From a virus: a stretch of 64,000 bases of DNA. Of this stretch, positions 25,840 to 35,642 are shown piece after piece. The notes beneath the pieces were generated by a model. It was given only the letters and a program-made list of their open reading frames with translations, made no database searches and was not told the origin of the DNA. Each line of letters begins with the position of its first letter. The first letter of the stretch is position 1. The stretch lies in the IMG/VR virus record IMGVR_UViG_3300038393_002515. One strand, 5' to 3'. The position numbers were made by a program, and so were the translations under genes.

Positions 25840-28005
25840 ATGGCACAGCGGGGCGCCAGCGGGCCGAACTACGAGGGCGAGCAGTCGCGGATCGACCGCC
25901 TGTTCCGTCGCTTCTCGTCGCGGCCGGGCGAGTCGGGTGAAGAGGCCGAGATGCGCGCCAACCGGCGCGTGGCCCGGCGCAAGACCGCTGCGGCCGGATT
26001 CACCGGCGGCGGCCATGCCGGTCCAGCGGTGGACTTCGCCACGGTCCGGCCCCGCGACCCGCTGTTCTACTGGCGGCAGAACAACCTGCCGTTCCAGTTC
26101 GACGACCCCGCGCAGATGCAGAAGATGCGGGCGTACTGCCGACTTCTTTACATCTCGCACCCGCTGGTCGGCTCCTGCGTCGACATCTACTCGAAGTACC
26201 CGCTGCTCGGGCTGAAGATGACCTGCAAGGACGAGCGGCTCACCGAGTTCTACACCGACCACTTCCTCTCCGAGGACGGCCTGGACTACCAGAAGTTCCT
26301 GCCCAAGCTGGGCCGGGAGTACTGGACGGTCGGCGAGGCGTGGCCGCTGGGCACCTTCAACGAGGACCTCGGCGTGTGGGACACCGAGGAGCTGCTCAAC
26401 CCCGACGACGTCGAGGTGCAGCCCTCCCCGTTCCTGCGCGAGCCGAGGTTCCTGATCCGGCTGCCGCAGAACATGAAGGAACTCATCCGCACCCGGCAGC
26501 CCGCCTGGGAGTACGAGAAGCTGATCACGGCGTACCCGGAGCTGACGTACTACGCCGATGACAACGCCCTCATGCCGGTGTCGAACATCCTGCTGCGGCA
26601 GATGAAGTTCGAGGCCGACAACTTCAACCCCCGGGGCATCCCCCTGCTGTACCGCGCGATGCGGTCGCTGATGCAGGAGGAGATGCTCAACGCGGCCGTC
26701 GACTCCATCGCCGACCGGCTCTACACGCCGCTCATCCACGCCAAGCTCGGCGCCTCTGCCTCGGACCTGGGCACGAACGTGCCGTGGATTCCGACCCTGG
26801 ACGACCTCGCCGACTTCGAGGAGGCCGTGGACGCTGCCCTGGCGGGCGACTTCCGCATCATCATGACCCACTTCGCGGTCCAGATGGAGTCGGTGCTGGG
26901 CAAGGAGGACATCCCCGACCTCACGGGCGACTTCGACCGGATCGAGGGCCGGGTCCTGCAGACCTTCGGTCTGTCCAAGACGATGCTGGCCGGTGCGTCC
27001 TCCGGTGAGACGTACGCGGCCGACGCCCTCAACCGCGACCTGGTCACGCAGATGCTGACCAGTTACCAGAACCTGATCTCCTCCCACTACCGCCAGCGCG
27101 CCCTCGTCGTTGCCGAGGCCCAGGAGCACTTCGACTACGAAGAGCGCAACGGCAAGCGGTACGTGAAGATGGAGGAGATCTACGAGGTCGACGAGGAGAC
27201 CGGCGAGGGCCGGATCGTCGAGCAGCCCAAGCTCCTCATCCCCGACCTGCAGTTCAAGACGATGAGCCTCCAGGACGAGGCCGCGCAGAACGAGTTCTTC
27301 GAGGCCCTGCGCGAGGCCGGTGTCCCGATCTCGGTCAAGACCCGCCTGCACAACGTCAACATCGACTTCGACGAGGAGATCGAGAAGTCGCGCGACGAGG
27401 CCGTCGAGATGGCGGTCGCCGAACAGGAGACCCGCAAGGCCATCTACATCGCGCTCAAGGACAAGGGCCTGCCGATCCCGCAGGACCTGCGCTCTGACTT
27501 CGAGCCGCGCGCCCTGCCCGAGGATCAGGACCCGAACCAGATGCCGACGGCTCCGTCGCGCATCCCGATCCTCGGCATGGACCCGGTCACCTCGCAGCCC
27601 ACGCTCGCGCCGACCATGCAGGACCTGACCTCGATCCCGCCGGACGGCGGCGTGGCCATGCCTGGCGGCGTGCCGGAGCCGGTCGACGCCGACCAGGGCG
27701 AGGGCGAGCAGCGGCCGGACGAGTCCGACGAGGCGCGAGGCGACATGCCCAAGGAGTCCTCGCTGATCCCGTACCCCCGGCCGCGCCTGGACGACGCCAC
27801 AGGCCTGTTCCAGAACCACGAGCGGATGAAGGCGCTGGCCGACGAGCACCGGCCCAAGGTCCTGGTGCCCGTCGCCCAGGAGGGCGCGGAAAAGCCCGAG
27901 GCGATCCAGCGCAAGCAGGCCGTCGGCCTCTACCAGGGCCCGCGCCACCTCGGCATGCGCCGCCACATCCAGGAGGACGAGATCAACAAGGAGTTGCAGG
28001 CATGA
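25840..28005 (+). CDS. portal protein (721 aa)
   Basis: Size, position next to morphogenesis genes, acidic C-terminus and overall sequence resemble tailed-phage portal families. Called by recognition only, with no search run. Confidence 0.6.
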   Translation: MAQRGASGPNYEGEQSRIDRLFRRFSSRPGESGEEAEMRANRRVARRKTAAAGFTGGGHAGPAVDFATVRPRDPLFYWRQNNLPFQFDDPAQMQKMRAYCRLLYISHPLVGSCVDIYSKYPLLGLKMTCKDERLTEFYTDHFLSEDGLDYQKFLPKLGREYWTVGEAWPLGTFNEDLGVWDTEELLNPDDVEVQPSPFLREPRFLIRLPQNMKELIRTRQPAWEYEKLITAYPELTYYADDNALMPVSNILLRQMKFEADNFNPRGIPLLYRAMRSLMQEEMLNAAVDSIADRLYTPLIHAKLGASASDLGTNVPWIPTLDDLADFEEAVDAALAGDFRIIMTHFAVQMESVLGKEDIPDLTGDFDRIEGRVLQTFGLSKTMLAGASSGETYAADALNRDLVTQMLTSYQNLISSHYRQRALVVAEAQEHFDYEERNGKRYVKMEEIYEVDEETGEGRIVEQPKLLIPDLQFKTMSLQDEAAQNEFFEALREAGVPISVKTRLHNVNIDFDEEIEKSRDEAVEMAVAEQETRKAIYIALKDKGLPIPQDLRSDFEPRALPEDQDPNQMPTAPSRIPILGMDPVTSQPTLAPTMQDLTSIPPDGGVAMPGGVPEPVDADQGEGEQRPDESDEARGDMPKESSLIPYPRPRLDDATGLFQNHERMKALADEHRPKVLVPVAQEGAEKPEAIQRKQAVGLYQGPRHLGMRRHIQEDEINKELQA

Positions 28006-30902
28006 CGTTCACCCTGGTCCCGATCACGCGGACCTACCTCGACGGCTCGGGGAACCCGCGTACCGGAACGGTTCGGCTGCAACTCGTCGGCGTGCTCACC
28101 AACAACGGGGAGATCGCCGACCGGCGGCCGTACAGCGCCACGCTGGACGCGCAGGGGAAGATATCCCTGAGCGTCCCGGCCACCAACGACCCGGACACGC
28201 TCCCGGTTGGGGGCGGCACCTACGAGGTGACCGAGACCCTGTCCGGGCTGGCCACGGCCACATACTTCATCGCCGTGCCGTACGACGGAGGCCCGATCGA
28301 CCTGGCGACGGCGCCCCGGCTCGCGCAGGCCCTCGCGCCGGGCATCTTCTTCCAGCCCATCAACCAGCGCGGTCTGCCCAACGGGTACGCGATCCTGGAC
28401 GGCTCCGGCCGCGTCCCCTACAGCCAGCTGCCCACCGACATCGGCTCCGGCGGCGGGGGCGGCGGGGGCGCCACCCCGATCAGCGGCGACGACACCGACA
28501 TCCAGTCCCTGGGCGTGCGGGCCGCTGGAGCCAGCGGCAAGGCCGCCGACGCCCGGCACGTCCACCAGATGCCGCTCCTGCACCAGGTGGGCAAGCCGAC
28601 CTCGGACGTCGATCTGAACGGCAGGCGGATCACGAACGCCGCCGACGGCATCAACCCGCAGGACTACGCCACCGTAGCCCAGCTCGGCCAGTCTGTCCTC
28701 GGCTGGTTCAACGTCAAGGACAAGCAGTACGGCGCCAAGGGCGACGGCACCACGGACGACACGGCGGCCATCCAGGCCGCGATCGACGCGTGCCCGGCCG
28801 GTGGCGTCGTCTACCTGCCGCAGGGCATCTACCGCACCTCCTCGACGCTGTACCCGAAGCCGGGCATCGTCATCCAGGGAGCGCACGCGTCCCTGATGTC
28901 CGGGGTCAACCTCACCGACCCGCCCTGCTACATCCAGCCGCTGACCTCGTTCACCGGCAACGCGCTGATCACCTTCAAGGACCAGGCCTCCGGGGGCTAC
29001 GCGAACCTGCCCGCCGAGCACCGGCTGAACGACATCATGCTCGACGGCTCGACACTGGACGGCACCAAGCCGGTCGACGGCATCTACGCGGCCGGGAACA
29101 TCCAGAACGTCGTCATGCGCAACGTGACGATCCGGAAGATGTCGAACAACGGCATCGTCACCGCCGGGATCGACAACGTCTTCCCCTACAGCTGGCGCCT
29201 GCACTCGGTGATGATCGACAACTGCCGTGGCAACGGCATGCTCATCACCCGCATGACCGACCTCACCATGATCGACTGTCAGGCGATCGGCTGCTGGGCC
29301 ACCGGCTTCAAGTTCACGAACATCGCCAACTCCACCCTGTCGGTCTGCCGGGCCGAGTGGAACGGCAACCACGGCTTCTGGCTCACCGGCTCCTGGGGTA
29401 ACGCCGCCGGATCCGGCGGCGCCATCCTGTCCGCCTGCAGCACCGACCGCAACGGCTGGGACGGCGTACACGTGGACGCCACCGGCAACGGCCCGCTCAC
29501 CATCAGCGCGCTCACCACGCGGCGCGACGGACGCAACGGCGGCTCCGGCGGCGGCGGGTATGCGGGCCTGGCCATCAAGAACGCCACGCTGCCCGTCGTC
29601 GTCGATGGCGTCACCTGCTACACCAGCACCGACGACGACGGTACCGGCGCCCCCTCCCCCGACTACGGCGCCAGCATCACCGGCAACACCAGCGTGCAGC
29701 TGTCCGTCGGCTACCTGCACGGCTTTCTCGGCGGTCTGCACGACGACAACACCAATGCCAGCCTCGTCCTCACCCCGGGCGTCACCCTGGTCAGCGGCCC
29801 GACCACCAACCCGGCGCGTACGGTGAAGCCCTCACCGACGGACTGGATCAACGCCAAAGACCCCAAGTACGGCGCCAGGGGCGACGGCGTCACCGACGAC
29901 ACGGCCGCGCTGCAGGCCGCAGTAAGCGCCGCCGCCGCCCTGAAGACCACCCTCTACATACCCAACGGCACCTACATCGTGTCCACGCCCGTCGTCCTCC
30001 CGGCCGGAGAGGGCTACTCCATCGTCGGCTCCGGCTGGGGCACGTCCCTGAAGCTGAAGGCAGCCTCCAACTGCTTCATCCTAAAGATGACCGGCGCCGA
30101 CACCCGGGTCACCATCCGCGACCTGACCCTCGACGGCAACTGCCTGGAGCAGGGCGCCACCGGCACCTCCGGCGGCATCGACGGCTCCGGCGCCGTCGCC
30201 TGCCGCATCGACAACGTGCACTTCACCGCCTGCCGCGACGACGGGCTCTACCTCGCCGGACAGACGGGCGGAGCGTTCGGGCACAACAACCGCATCATCG
30301 GCTGCTTGTTCGACCAGTCCATGACGTCGACCGGCCCCGGCCGGGGCATCCAGATGAACAGCAACGACGAGAACCAGATCATCGGCTGTGACTTCGAGTT
30401 CCTCGGCGGCTCCGGCGGCACGGGTGCCGATACCGCCGTGTGCATCCTCGACAAGGCGGGCACGCAGTTCATCTCCGACTGCAATTTCGTCGGCGGAGCC
30501 ACGAACAACACCAAGGGCGTCCGCCTGCAGGACTGCAGCGCAACCAAGATCGAGGGATGCAACTTCGACGGCACCGCCGGTGACTCGATCTTCGTCGCCG
30601 CCACCGGCAACGTCATCGTCGGCAACACCATCTTCAGCCCCGGCGAAGTCGGCACCCTCAGCGGCCAGGTCTCCGGCATCCACCTGGAATACGCCACCAA
30701 GAACAACCTGATCAGCGCCAACTCCATCGCCTCCTCGCCCACCAACGGCAAGACCCGCAGCCTCATCCGCGAGGAAGCAACAGGCAGCGCCGGACCCAAC
30801 CTCATCACCAACAACGTCCTGATCACCAAGGGGACGCTCGCGGTGGCGGCCACCGAGTTCGCGGGCGCCGGATCCATCACGACCCCCAACCTCGGCGTCT
30901 GA
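28002..30902 (+). CDS. tailspike / depolymerase with two tandem right-handed beta-helix (pectate-lyase-3-like) domains (966 aa)
   Basis: Two copies of the N-cap motif: KQYGAKGDGTTDDTAAIQAAIDA and PKYGARGDGVTDDTAALQAAVSA. Each is followed by Gly/Asn/Thr-rich repeats (NNGI, CxxNG). Confidence 0.75.
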   Translation: MTFTLVPITRTYLDGSGNPRTGTVRLQLVGVLTNNGEIADRRPYSATLDAQGKISLSVPATNDPDTLPVGGGTYEVTETLSGLATATYFIAVPYDGGPIDLATAPRLAQALAPGIFFQPINQRGLPNGYAILDGSGRVPYSQLPTDIGSGGGGGGGATPISGDDTDIQSLGVRAAGASGKAADARHVHQMPLLHQVGKPTSDVDLNGRRITNAADGINPQDYATVAQLGQSVLGWFNVKDKQYGAKGDGTTDDTAAIQAAIDACPAGGVVYLPQGIYRTSSTLYPKPGIVIQGAHASLMSGVNLTDPPCYIQPLTSFTGNALITFKDQASGGYANLPAEHRLNDIMLDGSTLDGTKPVDGIYAAGNIQNVVMRNVTIRKMSNNGIVTAGIDNVFPYSWRLHSVMIDNCRGNGMLITRMTDLTMIDCQAIGCWATGFKFTNIANSTLSVCRAEWNGNHGFWLTGSWGNAAGSGGAILSACSTDRNGWDGVHVDATGNGPLTISALTTRRDGRNGGSGGGGYAGLAIKNATLPVVVDGVTCYTSTDDDGTGAPSPDYGASITGNTSVQLSVGYLHGFLGGLHDDNTNASLVLTPGVTLVSGPTTNPARTVKPSPTDWINAKDPKYGARGDGVTDDTAALQAAVSAAAALKTTLYIPNGTYIVSTPVVLPAGEGYSIVGSGWGTSLKLKAASNCFILKMTGADTRVTIRDLTLDGNCLEQGATGTSGGIDGSGAVACRIDNVHFTACRDDGLYLAGQTGGAFGHNNRIIGCLFDQSMTSTGPGRGIQMNSNDENQIIGCDFEFLGGSGGTGADTAVCILDKAGTQFISDCNFVGGATNNTKGVRLQDCSATKIEGCNFDGTAGDSIFVAATGNVIVGNTIFSPGEVGTLSGQVSGIHLEYATKNNLISANSIASSPTNGKTRSLIREEATGSAGPNLITNNVLITKGTLAVAATEFAGAGSITTPNLGV

Positions 30903-30929
30903 CTGCTGTCCCGGCCCGGCGGCTCCTCC

Positions 30930-30948
30930 CCAAGGGGTGAGATCTCAC
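30930..30948 (+). promoter_or_regulatory. Late motif copy CCAAGGGGTGA overlapping the 12-nt palindrome GTGAGATCTCAC
   Basis: Read directly, 33 nt upstream of ATG 30973. Confidence 0.5.
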
Positions 30949-30972
30949 ACCACCCCTTCGGGAGGGCACCCC

Positions 30973-31842
30973 ATGACCACGACCCCCGACTGGCGCCGCC
31001 TGGTCGACCACGTCCAGTCCATACCCGAGAAGATCTACGAGACCTGGAACAGCCGCGACGGCTGGGACAACCACACCATCTTCGGCAAGGAGTACGGCTG
31101 GGACGGTGTGGCCTGGTGCTGCATCTTCGACTGGGACATGTACCACGACTGCGGCCTCGACGCGATCGTCCCCAAGACCGCGTCCGTCGCGGGCATGACC
31201 GCCTGGGCCAAGCAGAAGGGCCAGTGGAGCGAGTACCCGAGCATCGGCGCCTGGGTCAACTTCTCCAACGGCGGCCACACCGAGATCGTCGTCGGCTTCG
31301 ACGAGACGTGGGTGTACACCAAGGGCGGCAACAGCATCCAGACCGGGTCCGAGGACAACGGCCAGGGCAACGGCGTCTGGTCCCACACCACCGCCCGCCG
31401 CGCCACCAAGGTCGTCGGCTACTTCGCCCCGCACTTCCCCGACGGCGTCTGCCCTCCCACCGCCGACCCCAACGACCCGCGCGGCGGCAAGGCGGTCGCC
31501 TCCTGGCGCTGGTCGCCGCAGGTCACCCCCGCGCCGACCAAGCCGACCCCGTCCACCCCGGCGCCGACCAAGCCGAAGTGCCCGGCCTTCCCCGGCCGCC
31601 AGTACTTCAAGCTCGGCGCGAAGAACAAGTACGCCAAGCAGCTGCAGACCTGGCTCGACAAGGGCAACTGGGGCCCCAAGTACGTCATCGGCCCGTCCGA
31701 CACCATGACCCAGAAGGACCTCGACAAGGTCAAGGCGCTGCAGGCGCACTACCTCTCCGCGCTCGGCCCGGCCGACGGCCTGTGCGGCCCGAAGACCTGG
31801 CAGTACGCCTTCGAGGTCGCCAACGGTCTGCGCAAGAAGTAG
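30973..31842 (+). CDS. endolysin: CHAP-like peptidase/amidase plus C-terminal peptidoglycan-binding domain (289 aa)
   Basis: Cys-His pair in context (GVAWCCIFDW ... NGGHTEIVVG). Pro/Thr linker. The C-terminal LQAHYLSALGPADGLCGPKTWQYAF is PG_binding_1-like. Confidence 0.8.
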   Translation: MTTTPDWRRLVDHVQSIPEKIYETWNSRDGWDNHTIFGKEYGWDGVAWCCIFDWDMYHDCGLDAIVPKTASVAGMTAWAKQKGQWSEYPSIGAWVNFSNGGHTEIVVGFDETWVYTKGGNSIQTGSEDNGQGNGVWSHTTARRATKVVGYFAPHFPDGVCPPTADPNDPRGGKAVASWRWSPQVTPAPTKPTPSTPAPTKPKCPAFPGRQYFKLGAKNKYAKQLQTWLDKGNWGPKYVIGPSDTMTQKDLDKVKALQAHYLSALGPADGLCGPKTWQYAFEVANGLRKK

Positions 31843-31852
31843 CACGCACGGT

Positions 31853-31890
31853 GAAGGCCCGGATTGTGATCATCCGCAATCCGGGCCTTC
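31853..31890 (+). terminator. Perfect 14-bp hairpin GAAGGCCCGGATTG / CAATCCGGGCCTTC
   Basis: Lies 11 nt after the endolysin stop, with a 10-nt loop. Confidence 0.7.
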
Positions 31891-31918
31891 GCCCTGTCTG
31901 GCATGCACGCGGCTGCCG

Positions 31919-31929
31919 CCAAGGGGTGA
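31919..31929 (+). promoter_or_regulatory. Late motif copy CCAAGGGGTGA(AGACG)
   Basis: Between the terminator and ATG 31971. Shares GGGGTGAAGACG with the 43813 copy. Confidence 0.5.
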
Positions 31930-31970
31930 AGACGCCCCCACACCACCACCCTGAAGCAGGAGTTGCGCCC

Positions 31971-32321
31971 ATGGCCCAGCAGACCGACCCCACCACCCTG
32001 GGGGACCTGTGGCGGATGATCGAGCGTGACTCGAACCTCACCCGCGAACAGGTCAGGCGTGAGATCGACGACGTCAAGGGTCGTCTGCAGAGCTTCGTGA
32101 CACGCGACCACTTCGAGGCCGAGAAGCGGCTGCTGGAGGCCCGCATCGACCACCTGGAGCAGGTCGTCGAGCGCTGGGAGCAAGAGGCCGAGGAGCAGGC
32201 CAGGTCGACCGCCGCCCAGGCCGACTCCCGCAGGCAGAGCCGCCGCGAGTTCGTCTACAAGGGGATCATCCCGGTCCTCGCCCTCGTTATCGCGGTCGTC
32301 TCCATCGTCGCCTCCCGCTGA
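31971..32321 (+). CDS. coiled-coil protein with a C-terminal TM anchor (116 aa), possible lysis accessory or holin-like
   Basis: ATG 31971. The C-terminus is FVYKGIIPVLALVIAVVSIVASR. Adjacent to the endolysin. Confidence 0.5.
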   Translation: MAQQTDPTTLGDLWRMIERDSNLTREQVRREIDDVKGRLQSFVTRDHFEAEKRLLEARIDHLEQVVERWEQEAEEQARSTAAQADSRRQSRREFVYKGIIPVLALVIAVVSIVASR

Positions 32322-32352
32322 GCCCTTGCTGTCGCTCCACCGGCGGCAGACC

Positions 32353-32363
32353 CCAAGGGCTGA
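32353..32363 (+). promoter_or_regulatory. Late motif variant CCAAGGGCTGA
   Basis: 10/11 match, 28 nt upstream of GTG 32392. Confidence 0.4.
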
Positions 32364-32391
32364 AGGAAACAGGCCGTTGAGGGAGGCGCCG

Positions 32392-35220
32392 GTGGGCGGC
32401 AAGTTCGAGCGCGGCGAGCGCCTGGAGCACCAGACGCTGGGCGTGCAGCGGCTCGCGGTGCGCTCCGAGGACTACTGGGAGTACAAGCCCGAGCAGCGCG
32501 TCCGGACGATCGACGGCGTCACCGGCGTTGTCAAGCACGTCGAGGACGGACCCTTCCCCGGTGCTGAGGAGTATCACGTCGTCCTGGACCGGGGCATGGG
32601 TGGCGGCCAGTACACCGCCTCGCAGCTCAGCCCGGCCCCCATCACCACCGAGGCCATGGAGCAGACGGCGGCCGCCGACTACCCCGAGCTCTCCCAGATC
32701 CTCGTCGAGCGCCCGGACCCGGCCCGCCAGTTCGTCACGGCGGGCAAGAACCCCTTCGCCGATGACGACAACGACGATGACTCCTCTGACGAGGGCGACG
32801 ACTCTCATGACGACTCGCAAGACGACCCACATGACGAGGACGACGACTCCGACGAGGACGACTCGGACGACGACTCCGACGACAAGGACGCTGACGGCGA
32901 CGACGCGCCTCCGTGGGCCAAGAAGGCGTCCTCCCTCTTCTCCGACCTGGTTGTGACGGCTGCCACCGATGTCGACTTCCGCTTCCACATCACGGCCGCC
33001 TGGCGCGACGTGGTGGCCAAGGCCAAGCGGATCCGTTCCGAGGGCCGCCTGCGCGTCACTCTCGCCTCCGACGGCTACGTGTTCGGCGAGGTCAAGGGTG
33101 ACCACCACGTGTACGAGACCGGCCTGCAGCGCCTGCCTGGCCGGGTGGCCGCGCACTCCTGGTCCTGCGGCTGCAAGTGGGGCGCCTACCACTGGGGCGC
33201 CGACGACGACTTCTCCCGGTTCGCCGGGCGCATGTGCTCCCACGCCCTGGCCCTGCAGTACGAGGCCCAGTCGAGGGGGATGTTCGGCCGCGACATTCAC
33301 GTGGACGAGCACAAGCCCACCTGGGTGCCCCGCAAGGTCGTCGTCCGCTACGACATCGACGCCGACACCAACCGGCTCGCGCCGTCGACCGCCCGCAAGC
33401 TCGCCTCGTGGGACGCCCCTGAACCCTCCATGTGGGACATGCATTACGGCGACGACCACGACCACGAAGCCGAGCGCCAGGCCAAGTCGGACGAGTGGGA
33501 CAGCATTCACGAGGGACTGGGGGACATCCATCGAGGCGTGAACGTCCACCTGCGCCCCGAGGATCACGCGATCGTCCACGACGAGTCCCGGCCGCTACAC
33601 GAGCGCGCCCAGCACCTGCTCAAGTCGCTCCCGCACAGCGACCTGGGCCGTGGCCGCGAGGGCCTGGGACGACACTGGACCGACAACGAGGGCGTGGCTG
33701 AGTCCTTCGGTGACATGGACGACCGCCCGAACCGGCACGGCACGCACCCGACCTCGGTCATCTTCCACGCCGAGAAGCCCGACCGGCACGCGATCGACGA
33801 GGACCCGGACCAGTCGGACGGGATGATCTACGGCTACCACGACCACGGCGAGAGCGAGATCCCGCTCCACCCTGGGGCCGGGGTGAACCTCAAGGGCATC
33901 TCCTGGAAGAACATGGACACGCCCGACGAGGACTTTCGGACCTTCAAGGGCGACGGCCTCTTCGATCACTACTGGGAGCACCAGCGTCACGACTTCCCGG
34001 GCGGCCAGCACGCCTACGCGTCGCTGAGCAAGGCCCCGTTGTCCACCGTCGCGCGCGCTGCCGTGGCGGCCGGTGAGGACAGTGCCGAGGTCGAGTTGGC
34101 CATGCGCACGGTGGGTATTCGACGGACGGCCAGCAGCTGGGACGAGTACCACGAGGACGAAAACGGCCGCCGGTACACCCTCGACGAGGACGGCGAGCCG
34201 AACTACACCTGCCACAACAAGTACTGCGACGAGGGCGGCGAGCACGGCGGCGACGGCGAGACCGCACAGCGGCACGACGACGTCTACACCGACTGGGACA
34301 CCGTTCACCCGCACCTCGGTCCGCACCTCCACCGGGGCATGGCCGTCAGCCTGCCGGACGACGTGCACGGCGTCGTCCATGACGACGGCAGGCCGGTAGA
34401 AGAGCGCGCGAGCGCGCTGGCCGACCACCTTCGCGAAGAGGGGCTCGGTACGCACTGGACCCCGAACCACGACCAGGCCAGGCACTACTCGGGCATCACC
34501 GACGGCCGGGACCGCGACACACACGTCATCCTGCACGCCCACACCCCGGCCAAGGAGCACATCGAGACCGACCCCGACGAGCTGGCCCGCCAGGACGTCA
34601 TCGCCATGGGCGACCACGACGACGCCGAGGTGCCTCTGCAGTCCGGCGCCCCGGTGAAACTGAAGGGCATTTCCTGGAGGCACCGTACCGACAAAAAGTG
34701 GACCCGGCACGACTTCCCTGGCGGCCTGCAGCACGAGGCCAACGCCAACGCGCCGTTCGGAGAGCCGTCGGGGACGTCGTACGTGCTGCCCAAGGCGCCG
34801 GGTGCGACGGCGCCGAAGAAGCCGTGGGAGAACCCGGCCTCCGCCGGGCCGCTGGCGGGCGCGGACCCGGCGGGCTGGAACCGGCAGCTGCCGCTGCAGT
34901 CGTACGCGGGCATGGACACCGCGCTGTTCGAGCCCGGCGGTACGGAGGCGACGCTGCACGACGAGCCGGAGGGGGCGCTGCCGTCCACGGACGGTGCGGT
35001 GCCGACGGACGAGGCGTCGGATCTGACGCCGTCGATGACGGCGGGTCTGAAGCGGCAGGCGCTGAAGGACTTCACCTTGGCTGAGCAGCAGGCGCTGATC
35101 AACGAGGGCGAGAACGTGCGGGCGGCGAACCTCGACCGCCTGGACATCAAGGGGACCCACTACGCCGACCTGGAGAGCGTCCTGGCGGCACAGGAGGAGG
35201 ACACCACATGGCTGGCCTGA
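32392..35220 (+). CDS. 942-aa multidomain protein: poly-acidic tract, SWIM zinc finger, two tandem ~135-aa repeat modules
   Basis: GTG 32392 follows GAGGGAGG. Has the tract DDDNDDDSSDEGDDSHDDSQDDPHDEDDDSDEDDSDDDSDDKDADGDD and a SWIM-like CGCKWGAYHW...CSHALAL. Modules carry HRG...LG.HWT.N...E(I/V)PL..GA.V.LKGISW twice. Confidence 0.7.
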   Translation: MGGKFERGERLEHQTLGVQRLAVRSEDYWEYKPEQRVRTIDGVTGVVKHVEDGPFPGAEEYHVVLDRGMGGGQYTASQLSPAPITTEAMEQTAAADYPELSQILVERPDPARQFVTAGKNPFADDDNDDDSSDEGDDSHDDSQDDPHDEDDDSDEDDSDDDSDDKDADGDDAPPWAKKASSLFSDLVVTAATDVDFRFHITAAWRDVVAKAKRIRSEGRLRVTLASDGYVFGEVKGDHHVYETGLQRLPGRVAAHSWSCGCKWGAYHWGADDDFSRFAGRMCSHALALQYEAQSRGMFGRDIHVDEHKPTWVPRKVVVRYDIDADTNRLAPSTARKLASWDAPEPSMWDMHYGDDHDHEAERQAKSDEWDSIHEGLGDIHRGVNVHLRPEDHAIVHDESRPLHERAQHLLKSLPHSDLGRGREGLGRHWTDNEGVAESFGDMDDRPNRHGTHPTSVIFHAEKPDRHAIDEDPDQSDGMIYGYHDHGESEIPLHPGAGVNLKGISWKNMDTPDEDFRTFKGDGLFDHYWEHQRHDFPGGQHAYASLSKAPLSTVARAAVAAGEDSAEVELAMRTVGIRRTASSWDEYHEDENGRRYTLDEDGEPNYTCHNKYCDEGGEHGGDGETAQRHDDVYTDWDTVHPHLGPHLHRGMAVSLPDDVHGVVHDDGRPVEERASALADHLREEGLGTHWTPNHDQARHYSGITDGRDRDTHVILHAHTPAKEHIETDPDELARQDVIAMGDHDDAEVPLQSGAPVKLKGISWRHRTDKKWTRHDFPGGLQHEANANAPFGEPSGTSYVLPKAPGATAPKKPWENPASAGPLAGADPAGWNRQLPLQSYAGMDTALFEPGGTEATLHDEPEGALPSTDGAVPTDEASDLTPSMTAGLKRQALKDFTLAEQQALINEGENVRAANLDRLDIKGTHYADLESVLAAQEEDTTWLA

Positions 35221-35642
35221 CGACCGACGACACCGAGTCGATGCCCGCCGAGGCGGCGGTCGACGGTACCGATCCGAAGTGCCCGTTCCTGGGTGACAGT
35301 CAGCGCTTCACCTGGTCCCGTGAGCTGGAGATGGGCCAGCTGCAGGACGAGGTCACCGAGGCCATGGGCTCGGCCGTCCGGCTGGCGGCGTTCTTCCCGC
35401 TCGATGACGAGGGGAACCGGCTCGGGGTGGACGCGCAAAATCCGGTCACCGTGTACGTCACGCCGTCCTCGGCGGACCTGGCGGCGGTGAAGCAGGTGCT
35501 GGCCGCGCACAGGCCGGATCCGTACTACGGCATGACGGACGAGGAGAAGGCGCAGGTGCAGCTGCGGGAGAAGATAGCGGCGGGCCAGGCGCTGTCTCCG
35601 GAGGAGATGACGCTGGCCCTGCAGATGCTGATCTCCGGCTGA
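35208..35642 (+). CDS. hypothetical protein (144 aa)
   Basis: Overlaps the upstream gene end. Last + strand gene before the island. Confidence 0.6.
   Translation: MAGLTTDDTESMPAEAAVDGTDPKCPFLGDSQRFTWSRELEMGQLQDEVTEAMGSAVRLAAFFPLDDEGNRLGVDAQNPVTVYVTPSSADLAAVKQVLAAHRPDPYYGMTDEEKAQVQLREKIAAGQALSPEEMTLALQMLISG

Noticed and set aside
18475-29741. A chain of very long minus-strand ORFs (18475-20391, 20376-22274, 22625-24727, 25519-27966, 27930-29741) that could be read as a large antisense operon.
   Set aside because: Their translations are dominated by Arg/Gly/Ala/Pro/Val/Leu runs, with almost no Lys/Asn/Ile/Phe/Tyr. This is typical of shadow frames opposite real genes in high-GC DNA. Each is fully overlapped by a + strand ORF with recognisable motifs or normal composition, such as portal, tailspike and dcd.
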